DNA of 51,430 nt from a virus. Taxonomy: Duplodnaviria > Caudoviricetes. Location: positions 1 through 51,430 of the IMG/VR virus record IMGVR_UViG_3300030333_002795; one strand, written 5' to 3'. The position numbers and the translations under genes are program-made. The notes under the pieces are model-generated. The model made no database searches. It had not been told where the DNA came from and saw only the letters and a list, made by a program, of their open reading frames with translations. The stretch's first letter is position 1. Each line of letters opens with the position of its first letter. Below are positions 47,233 through 51,430 of the stretch, in pieces.

Positions 47233-47447
47233 ATTCCCCCCTTTATAAATAAACTTACCAGTGCAGAAGCCATTCCTGCTATTGCACCAATAACTGCTGA
47301 TTTAGCCTGTAGTACCCATACACTTTTCTCAATGTGCCTTAACCTAGAGTCTATATTTTTAAGTTCACTGTCAATGGTGTCAAGGCGATGCAACACTAAG
47401 TTTGCATCTTTTTCCCAAGATTCGCTTTGATTCCTATTATTAGCCAT
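47229..47447 (-). CDS. Holin-like small membrane protein, module 2
   Basis: SWEKDANLVLHRLD...SRLRHIEK.VWVLQAKSAVIG is shared with 4802..5011. Confidence 0.55.
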   Translation of the reverse strand: MANNRNQSESWEKDANLVLHRLDTIDSELKNIDSRLRHIEKSVWVLQAKSAVIGAIAGMASALVSLFIKGGM

Positions 47448-48245
47448 TTAGAACCCCAATCCGCCTAGGATTCCACCTACAATATTTTGGCCCATTGACA
47501 TATTGTTTTGCTCGTTACCAATAATTTGATTACCAAAATTCTGCCTGTAACCTGCCAAAGTTCCCTCAGCACCCATTATTTGACCCATCCAACTTTGTGA
47601 AAGTGCAGATTGACCAGCAATATTCATTCTTCCAAGTTCTGTCAGACCTGTCGCACTCCACTGATCAAAACCAGACAACTCAGCCCCTTGTCTTGCTGTA
47701 GTTTGAGCCAATCGCTCATTGTATGCTGCCTCTAGTTGTGCAGATGACTCGCCTACCTGGGTGTCTATTGCACCTAACATTCCCTGCCCAAATGTAGTGT
47801 GTGCTAACCCTGATTGAATGTTACGACCTAATGTTTGACCTTTCCGCCTTTCTCCAGCTTGACGAAGTTGTTGTAATGCGTCTTCTCTACCAGTTTGTAA
47901 ATAGCCTAATTCTGCCGCATGCGACTCTGTTAAAGATGCCCTAGCAGACGCTGAGAGGTCTCTGAATTGGCTCTCAAGGTTTGCAAACCCCGAAGACCAT
48001 CTTTCCCTGTCTCTGTCATACTCGTTCCACAGGCGGTCTAGGGCATTCTGATAAGGTCCAGTTACTGCACTTGACTGTCCATGTATTGCGTCCTCAATTG
48101 AGCCGCCTCCCAAAAGGTCGCCAATCGCACCAAATATAGCGTAATTCATTAAATCGTCTCCAGAACCATACAACATGTTGTATATCGCTAGAGATGCGAG
48201 TGCTACGATTGGGACTAACTTTCTTAATAAACTACGTGTTTTCAT
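47448..48245 (-). CDS. Putative DNA pilot/ejection protein, module 2 (265 aa)
   Basis: IEDAI, GQT...NI..GL..T..G..M.GAI, TTARQG and FDQW motifs are shared with 5013..5825. Confidence 0.6.
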   Translation of the reverse strand: MKTRSLLRKLVPIVALASLAIYNMLYGSGDDLMNYAIFGAIGDLLGGGSIEDAIHGQSSAVTGPYQNALDRLWNEYDRDRERWSSGFANLESQFRDLSASARASLTESHAAELGYLQTGREDALQQLRQAGERRKGQTLGRNIQSGLAHTTFGQGMLGAIDTQVGESSAQLEAAYNERLAQTTARQGAELSGFDQWSATGLTELGRMNIAGQSALSQSWMGQIMGAEGTLAGYRQNFGNQIIGNEQNNMSMGQNIVGGILGGLGF

Positions 48246-48247
48246 AT

Positions 48248-50788
48248 TTAACTCACTGATTTGTATTTACCGCCTGATTGGAGGTCGACCGATATGTCTT
48301 CTAAAACCCACGATGTGCCTGATGCTGTTATTTCAACTTGGAAATCACTGCTTCGTTTTCTTAATCTAAACCTTTTGTTCCTGCCCTTAGACAAACTGAA
48401 TGTCTCTAGCAATTCCTTAAGCGTGTCATCTTGGGTCGAATCTAAAACAACCGTGCTTGCAGTGTAACCGCTTGGCAGGATTTCAGTTGAAGTTAACGTG
48501 GATTCAGGCGGGACTTCTGTCTGAGCACTAGCAATGTATTTAGGCTTAGTGCCACTTGGCTCAAACAAACCCCAATAACCTTCATATTGACCAATATCTG
48601 GGCTAACACCACTAAGGCGTAATTTGTAAGCGTTGCCTATCGTCCATGTTCTCTCTGATTGATTTGCCGATGGATCGTCTAGAGTAAGTGTTCCACTCAG
48701 TGTGCTTGAAGCACCGCCATCTATAAATTCGACTTTGTTAATCGCAGCCCACGCCTCACCAGAAAAATCGTCTTCACTTATCGCAGTTCCAGCAACAGTT
48801 GTACCACTACCGCTGTCGTCCATAATAATTACTAGCGAGGTGTCTCCTGGCTCTTTACACGTCATGCTTAATAGACCTGCATCTTTAAATTGATCAAGGC
48901 AAAGTTTAACTGCTTTAAGAATAGCCTTTTTTGAACCTGCTGTGTCTGAAATGCCAACTGTTCCCGCAGTAGCAGAAGTAGGGGCCGAAGATGCCACGTT
49001 AATGTCTTTGTCAAATGTTAAAGTTACTGTGCGTGGACTGCTAGCGTTATCCACAAAAATTAGCGTGTCTTCGTCAAAGTCTGTTGTTGCTGTTTTTTCG
49101 CACACCAACTCAAGTCTTGCCCTTGTCTCATATTCCTGTGCTACGCTGCCGTCTCCTGTAGCACCACTGTGAGTTCCGCCTGATATAGCCGTTTCACTTT
49201 GAGAACCTGTAGCAGCACCGCCTGTAATAGCAAGCCTAGTTTCAGTTATACCGATTGAGCCACTAACACCAGATAGCACTTGAGCCATGTCTGCACCATA
49301 CAAATTTAAAGTAGGCCCAGTTTGTGTTATTCCATCAAGAGTTGGAAACTCGTGGTTATCTAGCAAGACAACCATTTCAGTCATTAACAGTCGCTCGTTG
49401 GGAACAGTTGCGTTTAACGGAGACCATGCAAGTCTACTTTGAAACGCTGCGCCATTGCCATCGTTAGGTGAGTTGTTACTAGACGATTTAAGAGCACTGC
49501 CCGAAGCAGCACCGTCAGTAATTAAAACACCACTTGGAGACATCATAGATATACGACCTGATTTAAACCCAAGCCACAAGCCGTCTCTCTGACCTGAGGA
49601 AGGTCTGTAAAGACAGTGAGATTTAAGCGAATCCATCCGTGTGTCTGTAATCTTGATTGGCCACCAAGACTGCGTGTTTAAATGGTGAACATAATGAACT
49701 ATCCCTGTAGGGTCTGCCTGCCTGTTGACAAACATAATAACCAAAAGCCTACTAGGATCAAACGCCAAGTGTATATCTACCCTCGAAGGACTGACAGAGG
49801 CAAAGAAGTTGTCAAGCCTACCAGCAGTTAAACTCTGTCCTCGCTGAATGTTAAACATGTTTGGCTCTAGCCTGTACACGCCATCTGCACTAGCAATGAA
49901 ACAAGTTTTTTCTGGCCCTTGACACCATGCATCTGGTCCCATTACCCCAACGCCATTGCTCATCTTTACAAACTGGGCATCGGGCATCGCAGGGTCGTTA
50001 GTCATGTAAGTAAGTGTGTTCCTGCCTGCGACCATAAGACCAGAGTCGCCAAAGGGGAACAGTGCGACAATCGGCTCACCTAACTTGCCAAATCGAGTTG
50101 CCGAACCACCCGCTATAGCAGTAGCACCAGTTGTGTCACTAGCATCATAAGTCCAGTCTTCGACATCGCCAATTGTGCACATAAACCAGTTTGTGTTTGT
50201 AGTAGCAATACCAGCTAGCACAATACGACCGCCAAACCGAGTAATTAAAGTTGCCTTGTTTGTGCCTGCTGCTGGCAGACCTATATCTCCACCATCTGCT
50301 ACTTTTCGCCATGTTTGTACTACAGGCGTTGTGGCAGACAGGTCTATCATGTAGTAATACCTGCCATTAACTAAGTAGACATAGTTGCCAAACTGTATGC
50401 CTCTCACTTTGTCAGATGGTTGGATTTTGTCTGCATTAGCAACCTGAAATTCAGATACCGAATGACTTTGGTCGTATGCAATTGAATGAGTGTTTCCATT
50501 AGCATCTGCGTAGTACACAAGACCGTAGGCAACGATTAAGACTTCTTGAACTAAAGTTGTATCTCTGTAGACCTCATATGTAAGAAGTAGTTGTATGTTC
50601 TGATCATCATTAACGCCCATGTCAGCCATTGCTGCAAAGCCCTGCCTAGTTCCTACACGCCTTCGATGCTCCCAGTTGTCCATTGGGAGTATGTTCATTG
50701 CTGACGTAGTAAAACCCTCCGCACCGTGCTGATGATTCATGCTGTCGGTGTAGCCGTTAATCGGAATGGGGAGTTGAGTCGTTGGCAT
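48248..50788 (-). CDS. Tail nozzle/stabilization protein, module 2 (846 aa)
   Basis: Collinear paralog of 5834..9235 (PIPINGY, GTRQGFAA, MSNGVGVMGPDAWCQGPEK, SDFQVEITASGT). Confidence 0.8.
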   Translation of the reverse strand: MPTTQLPIPINGYTDSMNHQHGAEGFTTSAMNILPMDNWEHRRRVGTRQGFAAMADMGVNDDQNIQLLLTYEVYRDTTLVQEVLIVAYGLVYYADANGNTHSIAYDQSHSVSEFQVANADKIQPSDKVRGIQFGNYVYLVNGRYYYMIDLSATTPVVQTWRKVADGGDIGLPAAGTNKATLITRFGGRIVLAGIATTNTNWFMCTIGDVEDWTYDASDTTGATAIAGGSATRFGKLGEPIVALFPFGDSGLMVAGRNTLTYMTNDPAMPDAQFVKMSNGVGVMGPDAWCQGPEKTCFIASADGVYRLEPNMFNIQRGQSLTAGRLDNFFASVSPSRVDIHLAFDPSRLLVIMFVNRQADPTGIVHYVHHLNTQSWWPIKITDTRMDSLKSHCLYRPSSGQRDGLWLGFKSGRISMMSPSGVLITDGAASGSALKSSSNNSPNDGNGAAFQSRLAWSPLNATVPNERLLMTEMVVLLDNHEFPTLDGITQTGPTLNLYGADMAQVLSGVSGSIGITETRLAITGGAATGSQSETAISGGTHSGATGDGSVAQEYETRARLELVCEKTATTDFDEDTLIFVDNASSPRTVTLTFDKDINVASSAPTSATAGTVGISDTAGSKKAILKAVKLCLDQFKDAGLLSMTCKEPGDTSLVIIMDDSGSGTTVAGTAISEDDFSGEAWAAINKVEFIDGGASSTLSGTLTLDDPSANQSERTWTIGNAYKLRLSGVSPDIGQYEGYWGLFEPSGTKPKYIASAQTEVPPESTLTSTEILPSGYTASTVVLDSTQDDTLKELLETFSLSKGRNKRFRLRKRSSDFQVEITASGTSWVLEDISVDLQSGGKYKSVS

Positions 50789-51430
50789 TAACTAAGCCTC
50801 AAACAAAATCCAAAACAAGTATGTTCATTATTATCTAAAAAAGTTAATACTGTTTCGTTGCCACTACCATCGTACACAAAATAAGCACTCTTAGAAGATA
50901 TACATCGTTGGATATTGCCACTGTTATTTAACGCCCAACCCACAACTAAATATGTACCTGCCCCAGTGAAACCTATGTCATTTACTTTTACAGTTTCGTC
51001 CGTGCCCATACTATCAATGTGCCAAGATCTCATCTTGCCGACACCCATAGAACCTGACTCATCAACACCTGAAAAAATGCCTCCTAAATTATGAGGTGTA
51101 CCAGCAGTTGTTAAACCACCGTCATTTTCAACCTCAAATGTAACAGTGGTACTACCGTCACTTTCTCGCTTTTTGTGTTGAATTACTGGGTCACTACCAG
51201 AAGAACCTGTTGTTGAACTTAAAAGTATACGACCATGATCAGTGCTGTCTTCTATTCTTACACCTGAATCACTAGTATCAGTAGCCCAAGTTCCAACTTC
51301 TATTTTTTTCCCAGCAGCCGCAACAATATTGTCAGATGCAGTAACGCCATTGCATTCAACATCACCGTTAGCCTCTACAGTGAACTTAGCATCAGAGCCT
51401 TTGTGAACAATGATGCAATCGTCAGTATCG
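50788..51430 (-). CDS. Tail fiber, module 2 (5' partial)
   Basis: The frame of the 86-aa track ORF is open to the window edge. AGKKIEVG...GVRIEDSTDHGRILL...DPVIQH...TFEVENDG aligns with AGKKVLIG...GVQIKAETNYGQLM...DAVIHH...TFRVDNDG of 9235..10491. The C-terminal tip is unrelated. Confidence 0.75.
   Translation of the reverse strand, partial: DTDDCIIVHKGSDAKFTVEANGDVECNGVTASDNIVAAAGKKIEVGTWATDTSDSGVRIEDSTDHGRILLSSTTGSSGSDPVIQHKKRESDGSTTVTFEVENDGGLTTAGTPHNLGGIFSGVDESGSMGVGKMRSWHIDSMGTDETVKVNDIGFTGAGTYLVVGWALNNSGNIQRCISSKSAYFVYDGSGNETVLTFLDNNEHTCFGFCLRLS

Noticed and set aside
1-51430. Duplicated ends as simple terminal redundancy or circular overlap
   Set aside because: The copies are diverged paralogs with different lengths and inserts, not identical sequence.

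Overview
The whole window is a tailed dsDNA bacteriophage sequence with a short-tailed (podovirus-type) virion and no host genes. Minus strand, 19.7 kb to 1: small and large terminase, portal, scaffold, major capsid, decoration protein and head-tail adaptor, followed by a nine-gene tail/lysis/DNA-ejection module (module 1) that runs off the left edge. Plus strand, 20.1-26.8 kb: an early operon with a RecE-like exonuclease, Sak-type annealase, SSB-like protein, HTH proteins, YdaU/DUF1376-like initiator, C5 cytosine methyltransferase and RusA. Minus strand, 51.4 kb to 26.9 kb: a SECOND, diverged, gene-for-gene paralogous tail/lysis/ejection module (module 2) ending in a 5462-aa polyvalent protein, then a metallophosphoesterase and a PEP-CTERM-like protein that hints at a Phycisphaerae/Planctomycetota host. 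Main observations: (1) one head/replication set sits between two alternative tail-plus-ejectosome cassettes that share a near-identical ~560-bp core 42.4 kb apart; this could be a dual-virion or module-switching phage, a cointegrate, or an assembly chimera. (2) The giant protein is punctuated by seven L-[DEF]-S-R-[KR] motifs downstream of an HExxH peptidase motif, suggesting a self-processed polyprotein. (3) The methyltransferase is spread over three overlapping ORFs in two frames, two of which start at a single TAATGTG. All functional calls come from motif recognition and synteny; no database search was run.
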